Sequence record: CP014788.1
From: a plasmid
DNA: 51,191 bases
Reading direction: 5' to 3' (one strand)
Position numbers and translations under genes: made by a program. Of the stretch, positions 33,734 through 43,657 are shown in pieces. Numbering within the stretch: position 1 is the first letter of the stretch; every line of letters starts with the position of its first letter. The notes under the pieces were generated by a model. The model worked only from the letters and a program-made list of their open reading frames with translations. It was not told the DNA's origin and made no database searches.

Positions 33734-34756
33734 TTAAGCCATTTGCATTTCAGCCAGGTAACTTGCAAAGATGCGGTCCCGGCGGTCAAGGTAGGCCTGG
33801 TTCTTCGCGGTAGGGTGCACCCGGTTGGTGAGGACGACCATTCCCTGGTCGGTCTGCCGGTCCAGAATCAGCCAGGTCCCCGTAAAACCAGTATGGCTGA
33901 TTAACAGGTGGCGGTCGGCTGCATGCGAATGCAGCAGTTTCCAGCCAAAAGACCGGCTGTGGGGGCCAGAAAGCGGCGTTTGATCACGGAAGAGGCAGTC
34001 AACGGTCTTCGACGTCAGCAATCCCGCCAGGTTGGTTTCAATCAAGGCGTGGCTGAATCGTTCCAGGTCCGCCATGCTTGCAAACAGGCCCGCACAGCCA
34101 CAGTGCGCGCCTAAAACAAAGGCCTTGGGATCGTGGACAGTCCCACGAATTAGCCCCCGGCCGGGTTGAATTTCGGTGGGGACGCACCGGTCGGCAGCCG
34201 GGTGGAAGGTCGCACCGGCCAGCCCCAGCGGATGCAGGACCCGCTCAGTAATCACAGTTTGAACTGGCTGGCGGCAGACCGCCTCGATAATCCAACCGAG
34301 GTACAGAAAATTAACGTCGGTGTAGCGAATCTGACGGTTAAAGGAACTGTCCACCCGTTGCTGACTGAGAAAGGCCCGCTTCAACTCTTGCGGGCTCAGC
34401 TGGTCACGGTGCGGGATATAGCCGCTGATCCCGGAAGTATGGGTCAGCAGGTGACGGATCGTCGGCCGGGCATCCCCAAATTCGGGCAGGTACTTCTGAA
34501 CCGGGTCATCGATTGCAATTTTCTCCTCCTGGACCAGCATCATAATCACCGGCACCGTCCCCAGCACCTTAGTGAGGGAGGCGAGGTCATACTGCATATC
34601 CGGTGTCAATATTTCAGGAACGGGCCGGGTCTGGGCGAACCCCCTGGTCTCCCGAATACTCTCTTGGCCTTGAAAAAGCAGGTAGTTGATTCCGGGAACA
34701 ATCCCGTCATCAGCCAGTGCATTCAGTTGGGCCACCGTTTTGGTAAAATGCTTCAT
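33734..34756 (-). CDS. serine hydrolase, beta-lactamase/PBP-like (class C fold)
   Basis: SLTK (SxxK) active-site motif and an HTG triad-like motif. 340 aa. Confidence 0.8.
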   Translation of the reverse strand: MKHFTKTVAQLNALADDGIVPGINYLLFQGQESIRETRGFAQTRPVPEILTPDMQYDLASLTKVLGTVPVIMMLVQEEKIAIDDPVQKYLPEFGDARPTIRHLLTHTSGISGYIPHRDQLSPQELKRAFLSQQRVDSSFNRQIRYTDVNFLYLGWIIEAVCRQPVQTVITERVLHPLGLAGATFHPAADRCVPTEIQPGRGLIRGTVHDPKAFVLGAHCGCAGLFASMADLERFSHALIETNLAGLLTSKTVDCLFRDQTPLSGPHSRSFGWKLLHSHAADRHLLISHTGFTGTWLILDRQTDQGMVVLTNRVHPTAKNQAYLDRRDRIFASYLAEMQMA

Positions 34757-34965
34757 AGTTATTCCCTTCTAAAATAGAGGCTAGGACTTTTCCCAGCCTC
34801 TTATCTGTTTTTAAAGTATAGTAATGTAACAGCGTTGTCGCTGGCCGGCAGTTCAAGTGCTGATGAATCGGCATTTACCCACCCTGACATGCTAGCTGTG
34901 CGGTGATGGGAAAGAGACAGCAAACTAGGCAAGCCCGTTTTACTGTTCTCCCCATCCTGCTTTTA

Positions 34966-36897
34966 CTAAATATTATTACCAAGGAACTGACTATTGTAAA
35001 GGTCAGCATAAAAGCCGTTTTTCGCCATCAATTGGTCGTGGTTCCCGGTCTCAATGATGTGTCCGTGGTTTACTACCACAATCTGTTCGGCGTTGCGAAT
35101 GGTCGACAGGCGGTGGGCAACCACAAAGCTCGTCCGGTTCTTCTGCAAATCATTCATCGCCGTCTGGATCAGTGCTTCCGTCCGGGTATCGACCGAACTG
35201 GTGGCCTCATCCAAAATCAGGATTTCGGGGTTTGCAAGGAATGCCCGGGCAATCGTCAGTAGCTGCCGCTGACCCTGTGAAATGTTAGAGGCTGACTCGT
35301 TTAGCACGGTCTGGTAGCCATCCGGCAGCTCCCGAATAAAGCTGTCGGCGTAGGCCATCTTGGCAGCACGATACACCTCTTCAGCGGTTGCATCCTCACG
35401 ACCGTATTTGATGTTCTCAAATATGGTGCCAGTAAACAGCCAGGTGTCTTGGAGGACCATCCCAATGTGCTTGCGCAGGTCGTCCCTGGTCATGGACCGG
35501 GTGTCCCGGCCATCGAGGTAGATATGGCCCCCTTGGACCTCATAGAAACGTTCCAGCAGGTTGATGATTGTCGTTTTCCCTGCTCCTGTCGGGCCGACGA
35601 TTGCCACCATGTGGTTGGTCTGCGCCCGTAGGTTAAAGTCCTCAATCAGCGGCTCGTCGTTATAGGAGAAACGGACGTCCTTAAATTCAATCTTTGGAAC
35701 CGGCTGACCGCTCAGTGGCTGGCTGGCAACCAGCTGGTTATCCATCTCCTCAGCGTCGAGCACCTCAAAGATTCGCTCCGCTGACGCCACGGTTTGCTGA
35801 ATGGTACTGCTCAAGTTGGCAATTTGGGTAATCGGTTGTGAAAACTGGTTAGTATACTGCAGAAATGCCTGGACGTTACCAAGAGTAATCTGCCCGCGGA
35901 TGACTGCCAGCGCCCCACCAACGGCAACGAGAAGGTAGCCAAGGTTTCGAATAAAGTTCATCAAAGGGAAAATCAGGATGGAGAAGAACTGCGCCCGCCA
36001 GGCGGCCCGGTAGTAATCATGGTTCTTCTGGGCAAACTTTTCTTCCTCATCATGCTCCTTATTAAAGGTTCGGACGATTGTGTGCCCCGCATAGGTTTCC
36101 TCCACTTGTCCGTTAATCTTCCCTAAAGCTGCCTGCTGGCGGCTAAAGAGTCGTTGGGCGGTCGGGGCAACAAAGGCGACGACCACTAAGCTGAGCGGAA
36201 TCATTACAAAGGCCACCAGGGTCAGCTGCCAGCTAATGGACAGCATTAAAATTAACACCCCGACAAAGGTAATGACACTTGTTAGGATCTGAATCAGGCT
36301 CTGTTGGAGGGTCCCGGCAATGTTATCCATATCGTTGACCATCCGGCTCATGATATCCCCATTACTGTGGCTATCGTAAAATTTCACCGGTACCCGGCTG
36401 AGCTTCTGTTTGAGGTCCTGCCGTAGCTTGTAGACCACCCGCTGTGAAATTCGGGTCATGATAACCTGCTGGGCAAAGCTGAAGAGACCGGAAAAGACGT
36501 AGAGAAGGATTACGATAATCCCGATTTGCAGGATCCGGTGAAAGTCAATCGGCAAACTGGTTAAATGCTGCCCCATTCGCATCTCATGGTAACCCTTCAT
36601 GACCCCGTTATAGATGACAGTCGTGGCTTCCCCTAAGATTTTCGGTGCAATAATCGACAGGATAACGGAGGTGATGGCGAGAATAATTGAGAGGACCACG
36701 CCGACTTTCCACGGGCGCAGGTAGGCAATCAGACGCCGGGTCGTGGGCCAGAAGTTTTTGGCCTTGCTAATCTTTTTGGGTCCGCGATGCACGTTCCTCA
36801 TCCCCTTTCTGAATTTGCGATTCAACAATCTGCTGGTAGGTCTTATTTTCCGCCCGCAATTCATCGTGGGTGCCCTGACCGACGACTTCTCCTTCAT
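34966..36897 (-). CDS. heterodimeric ABC exporter subunit (permease-ATPase fusion, LmrD/YheH-like)
   Basis: Six transmembrane helices plus a nucleotide-binding domain with GPTGAGKTT Walker A and an LSGGQ-like signature. The likely true start is the ATG at about 36801 (MRNVHRGPKKISKAKNF). Confidence 0.9.
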   Translation of the reverse strand: MKEKSSVRAPTMNCGRKIRPTSRLLNRKFRKGMRNVHRGPKKISKAKNFWPTTRRLIAYLRPWKVGVVLSIILAITSVILSIIAPKILGEATTVIYNGVMKGYHEMRMGQHLTSLPIDFHRILQIGIIVILLYVFSGLFSFAQQVIMTRISQRVVYKLRQDLKQKLSRVPVKFYDSHSNGDIMSRMVNDMDNIAGTLQQSLIQILTSVITFVGVLILMLSISWQLTLVAFVMIPLSLVVVAFVAPTAQRLFSRQQAALGKINGQVEETYAGHTIVRTFNKEHDEEEKFAQKNHDYYRAAWRAQFFSILIFPLMNFIRNLGYLLVAVGGALAVIRGQITLGNVQAFLQYTNQFSQPITQIANLSSTIQQTVASAERIFEVLDAEEMDNQLVASQPLSGQPVPKIEFKDVRFSYNDEPLIEDFNLRAQTNHMVAIVGPTGAGKTTIINLLERFYEVQGGHIYLDGRDTRSMTRDDLRKHIGMVLQDTWLFTGTIFENIKYGREDATAEEVYRAAKMAYADSFIRELPDGYQTVLNESASNISQGQRQLLTIARAFLANPEILILDEATSSVDTRTEALIQTAMNDLQKNRTSFVVAHRLSTIRNAEQIVVVNHGHIIETGNHDQLMAKNGFYADLYNSQFLGNNI

Positions 36898-38527
36898 CTA
36901 ATACCAGGATTAGGTCGGCGTCGGCAACCGTCGAGACCCGCTGGGCGACGATTACCGTTACCGCCTGCTGAATCTGCGGATCATCGCGCAGTGCTAAGCG
37001 CAGTTTGGCATCCGTTTTGAAATCCAGTGCGGAGAAGGAATCATCAAAGATGTAAATTGAAGCAGGCTTAATCAGCGTTCGGGCAATGGCGAGCCTTTGC
37101 CGCTGACCACCAGAAAAGTTGCTTCCGTCCTGCTCAACTGGTGTGTCCAGGCCCCCTGCCTCTTTAACAAAGTCCGCCGCCTGAGCGACTTCCAGGGCGT
37201 GCCACATCTGTTCATCAGTAGCTTTTTCGTTGCCGAACTGCAAGTTGGAACGAATCGTGCCTGAAAAGAGAACCGCCCTTTGTTGAGTGATTGAGATTGC
37301 GTTATGCAGGTCGTGCTGGCTTAACCGCTTAATTGGCTGGCCATCGACCTTAATCTCGCCGCTTTCAATGTCAAACAGTCGGGGAATCAGGTTAACCAGG
37401 GTTGACTTCCCGGATCCAGTACCGCCAATAATCGCCAGGGTTTGCCCCGCCTTCACCCGAAAGTTTAAGTCGTGCAAGGCTAGCTTTTCGGCACCCTCAT
37501 AGCGAAAGTCAACGCGGTCGAAGCTCAGGCTTGCCGGTTGCCCAGCGGGAATTTGCACTTGCTGGTCGGCAGGAACATCAGCGACTGAAATCGGTTCTTC
37601 AAGAACGGCATTGACCCGCGCAGCCGACGCTGAGGCCCGTGGAACAAAGACGAAGATCATCGAAAGCATCATAAAGCTGATCATAATTTGGGTTGCGTAG
37701 GTCAAAAAGGCAATCAGATTACCGACTTGCATGGTCATCCCCGCAATCAAGTGACTACCAAGCAAAATGATCCCAACGTTGGTCAGGCTGAGAATCAGGG
37801 TCATGACTGGGAAAAGGAAGGAGACCAGTGTAAAGGCTTTGATTCCAGTCTGGGTGTAATCCTCGTTGGCCGCTTGGAAACGAGCCTGTTCCCGGTGCTC
37901 CTCGCGAAAGGCCCGGATGACCCGGACTCCAGTGAGCCCTTCCCGGAAGACCAGGTTAATCCGGTCGGTCTTCTTTTGAATACTCTTGAAGAGCGGCACT
38001 GCCAAGTACATTACCACCAGCACGACAACCGCCAAAATCGGCAGGCTGATTAAGAAGACCCGGGTCAGCCGTGGTTCTCGGACATAGGCCAGAACACAGG
38101 CCGCCACCAGCATGATTGGCGACTGGAGCATCATTCGGAGGGCCTGGACCATGACGTTTTGGATTTGAACAATATCGTTAGTGGAACGAGTTATCAGTGA
38201 GGAATCACCAAACTGGTTAATTTCCTTACTGGAGAAGCGTAAAATTCGGTGGAAGATTTGCTGGCGAAGTTTTTCACCCACCTGCATTGCCTGTGTAGCA
38301 GCAAAATAAACATTCCCTGCCGCGGCTGCAAGGCCGATTGCCGCGACCACTAACATGTAAATGCCATCTTTCCAAATATAGGCAAAGTTACGTTGCATGA
38401 TCCCCTTATCCACTAATTCAGATGTTACGGTCGGCAGGTAGAGATCACACGCTACCTGAATCAGCAGGAAAAGTACCGCTAAGGTGGTTGCCCAGCCGAC
38501 GAGGTTCTTTCTTGCAATCTTAGTCAA
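36767..38527 (-). CDS. heterodimeric ABC exporter subunit (LmrC/YheI-like)
   Basis: Six transmembrane helices plus a nucleotide-binding domain (GGTGSGKST, FSGGQRQR). Its 3' end overlaps the partner gene. Confidence 0.9.
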   Translation of the reverse strand: MTKIARKNLVGWATTLAVLFLLIQVACDLYLPTVTSELVDKGIMQRNFAYIWKDGIYMLVVAAIGLAAAAGNVYFAATQAMQVGEKLRQQIFHRILRFSSKEINQFGDSSLITRSTNDIVQIQNVMVQALRMMLQSPIMLVAACVLAYVREPRLTRVFLISLPILAVVVLVVMYLAVPLFKSIQKKTDRINLVFREGLTGVRVIRAFREEHREQARFQAANEDYTQTGIKAFTLVSFLFPVMTLILSLTNVGIILLGSHLIAGMTMQVGNLIAFLTYATQIMISFMMLSMIFVFVPRASASAARVNAVLEEPISVADVPADQQVQIPAGQPASLSFDRVDFRYEGAEKLALHDLNFRVKAGQTLAIIGGTGSGKSTLVNLIPRLFDIESGEIKVDGQPIKRLSQHDLHNAISITQQRAVLFSGTIRSNLQFGNEKATDEQMWHALEVAQAADFVKEAGGLDTPVEQDGSNFSGGQRQRLAIARTLIKPASIYIFDDSFSALDFKTDAKLRLALRDDPQIQQAVTVIVAQRVSTVADADLILVLDEGEVVGQGTHDELRAENKTYQQIVESQIQKGDEERASRTQKD

Positions 38528-39003
38528 TCTTTTTCACCATCCTTGCAGTGTTTCGGCATTAGTTCGCCATAGTGGGTTGTCATTTCACGATGTATTTTTT
38601 GTAAGACCTGGACAAAGGCCGTCCGTTCCGTTGCCGAAACGTTTTGCAGGAGTTGTCGTTCGAACTCTTGCCGGGCCCGCAGGTTCTTTAGGTGCATTTG
38701 TTTTCCCTTTGCGGTTAGCTTTACGCGGACAATTCGGCGGTCCTGCTGGTCGCGCCACCGTTCAACGAGCTGGTCCTTTTCAAGCCGCTCAAGGACTTCG
38801 CTAATCGACCCCGGCTTGACACGGGCCAAGGTCGCGAGTTCCCGCTGCGAAACCCCCTCGTTATTAGCAAGTAGAAAAATCAGGCGTCCCTGTCCACGAA
38901 AGGTGGCCTGTTTTGCAAGCTGGGTTTGCGCGATTTGGTGAAGTTCGCCAATGACGCAGTAAAGCTGCTTAAAAATTTGGTCATCCGTTATTTCCACGTC
39001 CAT
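38524..39003 (-). CDS. MarR family transcriptional regulator
   Basis: 159 aa winged-helix MarR. Its stop overlaps the start of the ABC exporter gene (ATGA). Confidence 0.88.
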   Translation of the reverse strand: MDVEITDDQIFKQLYCVIGELHQIAQTQLAKQATFRGQGRLIFLLANNEGVSQRELATLARVKPGSISEVLERLEKDQLVERWRDQQDRRIVRVKLTAKGKQMHLKNLRARQEFERQLLQNVSATERTAFVQVLQKIHREMTTHYGELMPKHCKDGEKD

Positions 39004-39020
39004 CCTCCTTATTAGTTTGG

Positions 39021-39052
39021 TACATAATCGTTAGGTGCTTAACGATTATGTA
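39021..39052. promoter_or_regulatory. perfect 13-6-13 inverted repeat, probable MarR operator
   Basis: TACATAATCGTTA ggtgct TAACGATTATGTA, 18 nt upstream of the marR start, abutting its ribosome-binding site. Confidence 0.6.
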
Positions 39053-39190
39053 GTTTACTCCCTTTGGCGAAAAAAGCAAGAATTTTAAAATAACGTGACT
39101 AAACTATTACATAATTGTTTCAAAAGTATTACAATATACGTGTAAAGAAATTATTAATTAACTATCTGTTCAAATTCTAAACAATAGTAG

Positions 39191-39736
39191 TTGAGAGAAT
39201 TGGGGGTTGTAATCATGATTACAATGAAGAAAAAAATTATCAGTGGTTCATTAGTCGCTTTGATGGCATTGGGGTTAGCAGGTTGCGCTAATAATAGTGC
39301 TGCGCCGAGCTCAAAGGTTAACCACCCCCAAACTACTAAACTTGCACAATCCTCCAGTAAAAAGGCAGCTAACTCCAGCAGTGCCAAGGCAGTCAGTGAG
39401 AATCGTGCCGTTCAGCCAAGCGTTGCTAGTGCAACCAGTAATAGTCAGGTAGCTAGTGTCAACACCAAAGCAAGCTATGCTGGACAGGCAAATGCGTACA
39501 CTAATGATCCGGAATCAGACATTGTCAACCAGTTTATCAAGGCAAGCGGTGTGGACAACGCTCGGGGAACCCAGTACATGATCAGCCCAGCAAATGCGCA
39601 AGGCGAATACCAAGTAGAGGTGCGGGACAGTAATGGCGATCCAAACATCTCTCACCTTGACGGGATGTACAAGTTCAACCCAGCTACTAACCAGGTTCAA
39701 AAGGCCAACCGGGTTACCGGGGAATATGAGAAGTAA
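39191..39736 (+). CDS. lipoprotein, function unknown
   Basis: Signal peptide with lipobox LAGC (MKKKIISGSLVALMALGLAGC), then a Ser/Ala-rich linker. The likely start is the ATG at 39215. Confidence 0.75.
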   Translation: MRELGVVIMITMKKKIISGSLVALMALGLAGCANNSAAPSSKVNHPQTTKLAQSSSKKAANSSSAKAVSENRAVQPSVASATSNSQVASVNTKASYAGQANAYTNDPESDIVNQFIKASGVDNARGTQYMISPANAQGEYQVEVRDSNGDPNISHLDGMYKFNPATNQVQKANRVTGEYEK

Positions 39737-39769
39737 AGGAATTAGCGAAAGAAAACCGTGACGTACAAT

Positions 39770-39820
39770 GCAAATAAGCCTTCAAGTTCGAACAAACTTG
39801 AAGGCTTATTTGCATTTCTC
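39770..39820. terminator. bidirectional terminator between the lipoprotein gene and the island permease
   Basis: 19-bp stem GCAAATAAGCCTTCAAGTT cgaacaa ACTTGAAGGCTTATTTGC, flanked by A and T runs. Confidence 0.8.
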
Positions 39821-39846
39821 TTTGCATTACGGAATCATAATAACAT

Positions 39847-41187
39847 TTATTTATCAAATACCTGAGCGTACTTTTTTGTATATAACATATAGATAATCAA
39901 ACCTACTGCTATCCAAACAACATAGCTCATCCAAGCTGTTACTGAAATATTTACTAGCAAAATCAGACAAATAAGTACTGATAGCGTTGGAATTGTTGCT
40001 CCACCAGAGATTTTAAAGGGACGCTCCAACTCTGGTGACTTTTTGCGCATGACAATAACAATTACTGAAATTAGTAGAAATACTAATAATGAACCAACGT
40101 TGGCAATTAATGCCAGATAATGCAAATCAAATTCCCCTGCTAAGATTGCTGCCAAACCACCGACTAGCCAAATGGCTCGATTTGGACTGTAGGTTGCTTG
40201 GTTAACTTGCGCCAGTTTACTAGGTAAAAACTGGTTACGACTCATTGACTTAATAATGTTTGAGCCAGCATAGATAAATGCAAACACTACTGCCATAATC
40301 CCTAATATTGCACCAAATGATACTATTTCTGCAATAAAAGTATGCCCTTTGGTTAACAGAACGTAAGACATTGCTTCAGAAACATTAAGGTATTTATACT
40401 TGACAACACCTGTCATAACTAAGCCGACTACAATATAAAGTAACGTAGACAATGATAACGAAATCAAGATAGCTCGTGGTAATGTTTTGTTCACATTTTT
40501 AGCATCTTCTGCTGAGGTTGCTAAAGCATCAAAGCCTAAAAAGGAAAAAAATACTGCTGAAGCACCTCCAAAAACTCCACTAACGCCATACGGGAAAAAT
40601 GGTCGATAATTGGCTAAATTTATATCACGAAAACTAATGATAATAAATAACAAAATAATGATTAATTTAACCCCGACCAAGATATTATTAACAATTTTGC
40701 TCTGACTAGTGCCCCTAGTTAGCACAAAAGTAATTAATAATACCATTAAAACTGCTGGAAGATTTATAATTCCACCATTGCTAGGGGCTGCCAGCATGCT
40801 TTGTGGTAGTTTAACGTTTAATTCTCCAAGGAAAGAACTAAAATAACCGGTCCAGCCATTTGCCACTGTCGCAGTAGTAGTAATGTAGACGCCAATTAAT
40901 GTCCATCCTGCTAAAAAGGCCGCGAAGTTACCAACGGAAACCCAAGCATAGAAAAAGGCACTTCCTGAGTTAGGCAAACTGGTGGCCAGCTCTGCATAAC
41001 ATAAACCGATTAACCCGCTAGCAACAGCGGCAATTAGAAATGATAAAGTAACTGCTGGTCCCGAATCTTGTGCCGCTACAATTCCGGTTAAAACTAAGAT
41101 TCCCGTGCCGATAATGGCACCGATTCCTAAAATTGATAAATCAAATAATCCTAAAGTTTTTTTCTTTTTCGGTATGTCGTCTTTCAT
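39847..41187 (-). CDS. APC-superfamily amino-acid permease (cationic amino acid transporter-like)
   Basis: 446 aa with 12-14 transmembrane helices and the CAT/YfnA-like N-terminus TLGLFDLSILGIGAIIGTGILVLTG. Confidence 0.85.
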   Translation of the reverse strand: MKDDIPKKKKTLGLFDLSILGIGAIIGTGILVLTGIVAAQDSGPAVTLSFLIAAVASGLIGLCYAELATSLPNSGSAFFYAWVSVGNFAAFLAGWTLIGVYITTTATVANGWTGYFSSFLGELNVKLPQSMLAAPSNGGIINLPAVLMVLLITFVLTRGTSQSKIVNNILVGVKLIIILLFIIISFRDINLANYRPFFPYGVSGVFGGASAVFFSFLGFDALATSAEDAKNVNKTLPRAILISLSLSTLLYIVVGLVMTGVVKYKYLNVSEAMSYVLLTKGHTFIAEIVSFGAILGIMAVVFAFIYAGSNIIKSMSRNQFLPSKLAQVNQATYSPNRAIWLVGGLAAILAGEFDLHYLALIANVGSLLVFLLISVIVIVMRKKSPELERPFKISGGATIPTLSVLICLILLVNISVTAWMSYVVWIAVGLIIYMLYTKKYAQVFDK

Positions 41188-41491
41188 ACCAAATTAGACT
41201 CCTTTCGATAATTACGTTTACTCAGACTATAAAAAAAGTATTTATGGATAGCAAAAACTTTACTCACTGTTCAGAATATCAACTGCTTCTGTTGCGTAAA
41301 GAAATTGTTTCTATAAATACTTTTAAGTCACTGTCCAAATGGCAAGTAATATAATGCCTGAAACTACTGCAATTACTTCAGTAGTCAGTCATCGTGAAGT
41401 TCAAAAAGTAATCAAGTAACCCTGGTAGTTTAATCCAGCTGAAGGAACTCGCCTTTTAATAAAGCACTAATTTACGCAACGAATCAACCTG

Positions 41492-42310
41492 CTATTTGCT
41501 ATGCGCGTTCCAAAGATTAATTGGACCATGACGATGACCAACAATAATTGGTTTGGAGATTGAATCATAAACAACATTTTTAGCTATTTCCGCTGCGGTA
41601 AATAAATCATTACCTTTAGCGATTTCAGCAGTAATAACTGCTGAAAAGACATCGCCAGTTCCATTTAGTCTTTCTGTACTTACATAGGGCATCGATAACC
41701 ATTGGTAACTACCATCAGCTTTAAGCACTAAATCCTCAACTTTCTCTTGAGTAGGATTTTCATGCTTTCCTTTGACGATTACGTTTTTTGCGCCCAGTTC
41801 CTGAAGACGCTTAGCTGATGTCATCATTGACTCCCGTGATTCGATTTCCACACCGCTTAGAGTCTGTGCTTCGAAGGCGTTGGGAGTAATTACATCCGCC
41901 ATCGGAATAATCAGTTTAACAAAGTCATCATAGGCTTCATTATCAAGTAGGAAGTTACCGTGCTTAGTGATGATAACTGGATCGACAACCAATTTACCAA
42001 AACTTTCTGGGGCAAAGTTTCGATGAAAGCATCTGATAACTGCGCTTGTGCCTAACATTCCAGTTTTGGTAGCCGCAATCTTGAAATCCTTTTTCAAAGC
42101 AGCAAACTGATGATCAATAAATTCAGTCGGCATTAGTACTTGATCTGAAATTTCATATGAGTTTCCAGCAACTGCCGCCGTTAAAATCCCCATTCCATAA
42201 ACTCCTGAAATGAAAAAGGCATGCAGATCAGCCGGCATTCCGGCACTACCATCACAATCGTTTCCTGCGACTGTTAATACTTGAACTTTCGAATTCATAA
42301 TTATCCCCAC
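41492..42310 (-). CDS. ThiD/PdxK-family kinase (pyridoxal or hydroxymethylpyrimidine kinase)
   Basis: Ribokinase-fold ThiD family: VLTVAGNDCDGSAGMPADLHAF corresponds to [21 protein letters not shown], with a C-terminal GTGD anion hole. Confidence 0.75.
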   Translation of the reverse strand: MGIIMNSKVQVLTVAGNDCDGSAGMPADLHAFFISGVYGMGILTAAVAGNSYEISDQVLMPTEFIDHQFAALKKDFKIAATKTGMLGTSAVIRCFHRNFAPESFGKLVVDPVIITKHGNFLLDNEAYDDFVKLIIPMADVITPNAFEAQTLSGVEIESRESMMTSAKRLQELGAKNVIVKGKHENPTQEKVEDLVLKADGSYQWLSMPYVSTERLNGTGDVFSAVITAEIAKGNDLFTAAEIAKNVVYDSISKPIIVGHRHGPINLWNAHSK

Positions 42311-42319
42311 CTTAAGGAC

Positions 42320-43657
42320 TTAATGTTCAACCTTTGCATTCTTCTTTTGCATGTAGAAGTAGATAGGTACACCAATCAGCGTAATTATAATCCCGATTGC
42401 AGTCGTCGTAAACTGTTGAATCAGCGTACTAATCAGGATAAATGCACCACCAACTAAAGCAATCAGTGGAATTACTGGATAAAGCGGTACCTTGTAAGGA
42501 CGCTTCAAATCTGGGCGTGTCTTCCGCATCTTCATAACACCGATAAATACCATGCAGTAGAAGAACCAAATGACAAAAATCAGCATATTAGTAATAGCGT
42601 CAAACTGACCAGAAAGCATCATCAAGCAGGCAATGATGTACTGAACAAGTCCTGAAGCCCATGGGACACCAGCCTTGTTCAATTTTGCAAAGAAATTGCT
42701 GAATGGTAACGTTTTTTCCTGTCCCATAACATATGGAACACGCATCCCAGTCATGGTGTAACCGTTCATTCCGCCATAAACTGATACCAAAATACCAATA
42801 GTAACGATCTTACCGCCGACACCACCAAAAATCTTATCAGCAACATCCATGGAAACATTCAAGTTACCAGCAACTTGGTTAACAGGAACAACGTAGTAGA
42901 AAACAGCGTTGACCAGCAGGTAAACCGTGATAACAATCAACAGCCCAACTGCAATCGCCTTCGGTAAATCCTTTTGTGGATTCTTCATTTCACCAGCTAA
43001 GGTTCCAACGTGAATCCAACCATCGTAGGCGAACATAGTTGCTAGTAAAGCTGTCCCTAACGCAGCCCAGAGTGCACGGTGTGGACCAGCTTCGATTGGG
43101 AAGAGCCGAAAATCAACTCCACCTGGGTGCAAGAATCCTAGAATAACAATTGCCGCCAGTGGCAACAACTTAATGACCAAAGTTACAGAGCTTACCCAGC
43201 CACCACACTTAGCACTAATAAAGTTAAGCAAGGCAACTGAGAGTGCGGTAATCATTCCGACTGGAACAATCCATGAATCTGCTAAATGGAACAGTCCTGC
43301 AAATTGGGTTCCAAATGCGATTGCAATCGCCGCAACATTGGCAGGCATATAAACAATACCGTAAGCCCAGCCAGTTAAAAATCCCCAGAATTTACCAAAA
43401 GGTTCTTCGATGTACTTAACGATCCCCCCAGTTTCCGGAAATGCAGCTGCTACTTCAGCGGCCGTTAACCCGGCACACATATTAATAATTCCCCCAAGGA
43501 ACCACGCAAATAATGCCAGACTAATGGACATGGTCGCCGTGGTTACCGCGGATGCCTTAAAGAACACCCCAGTACCAATAATTGTACCAGCAACAGTTGA
43601 TAACGTAGCACCAAAGCCTAAAGACTTTTTCATGTGCTCATCATTATTCTTTGCCAT
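42320..43657 (-). CDS. steT: LAT-family (APC) serine/threonine exchanger SteT-like permease
   Basis: 445 aa with strong similarity (recalled from memory) to B. subtilis SteT: LFAWFLGGI, LATMFAYDGWIHVGTLAGEMKNPQKDLPKA, and PLYP near the C-terminus. Confidence 0.75.
   Translation of the reverse strand: MAKNNDEHMKKSLGFGATLSTVAGTIIGTGVFFKASAVTTATMSISLALFAWFLGGIINMCAGLTAAEVAAAFPETGGIVKYIEEPFGKFWGFLTGWAYGIVYMPANVAAIAIAFGTQFAGLFHLADSWIVPVGMITALSVALLNFISAKCGGWVSSVTLVIKLLPLAAIVILGFLHPGGVDFRLFPIEAGPHRALWAALGTALLATMFAYDGWIHVGTLAGEMKNPQKDLPKAIAVGLLIVITVYLLVNAVFYYVVPVNQVAGNLNVSMDVADKIFGGVGGKIVTIGILVSVYGGMNGYTMTGMRVPYVMGQEKTLPFSNFFAKLNKAGVPWASGLVQYIIACLMMLSGQFDAITNMLIFVIWFFYCMVFIGVMKMRKTRPDLKRPYKVPLYPVIPLIALVGGAFILISTLIQQFTTTAIGIIITLIGVPIYFYMQKKNAKVEH

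Noticed and set aside
34903-35262. 119-aa plus-strand ORF crossing the ABC exporter 3' end
   Set aside because: It is antisense to the exporter's nucleotide-binding domain coding region, has a compositionally odd start, and lacks a ribosome-binding site.
41133-41354. 73-aa plus-strand ORF in the AT-rich island intergenic region
   Set aside because: Low-complexity AT-rich translation overlapping the permease start and leader. No ribosome-binding site.
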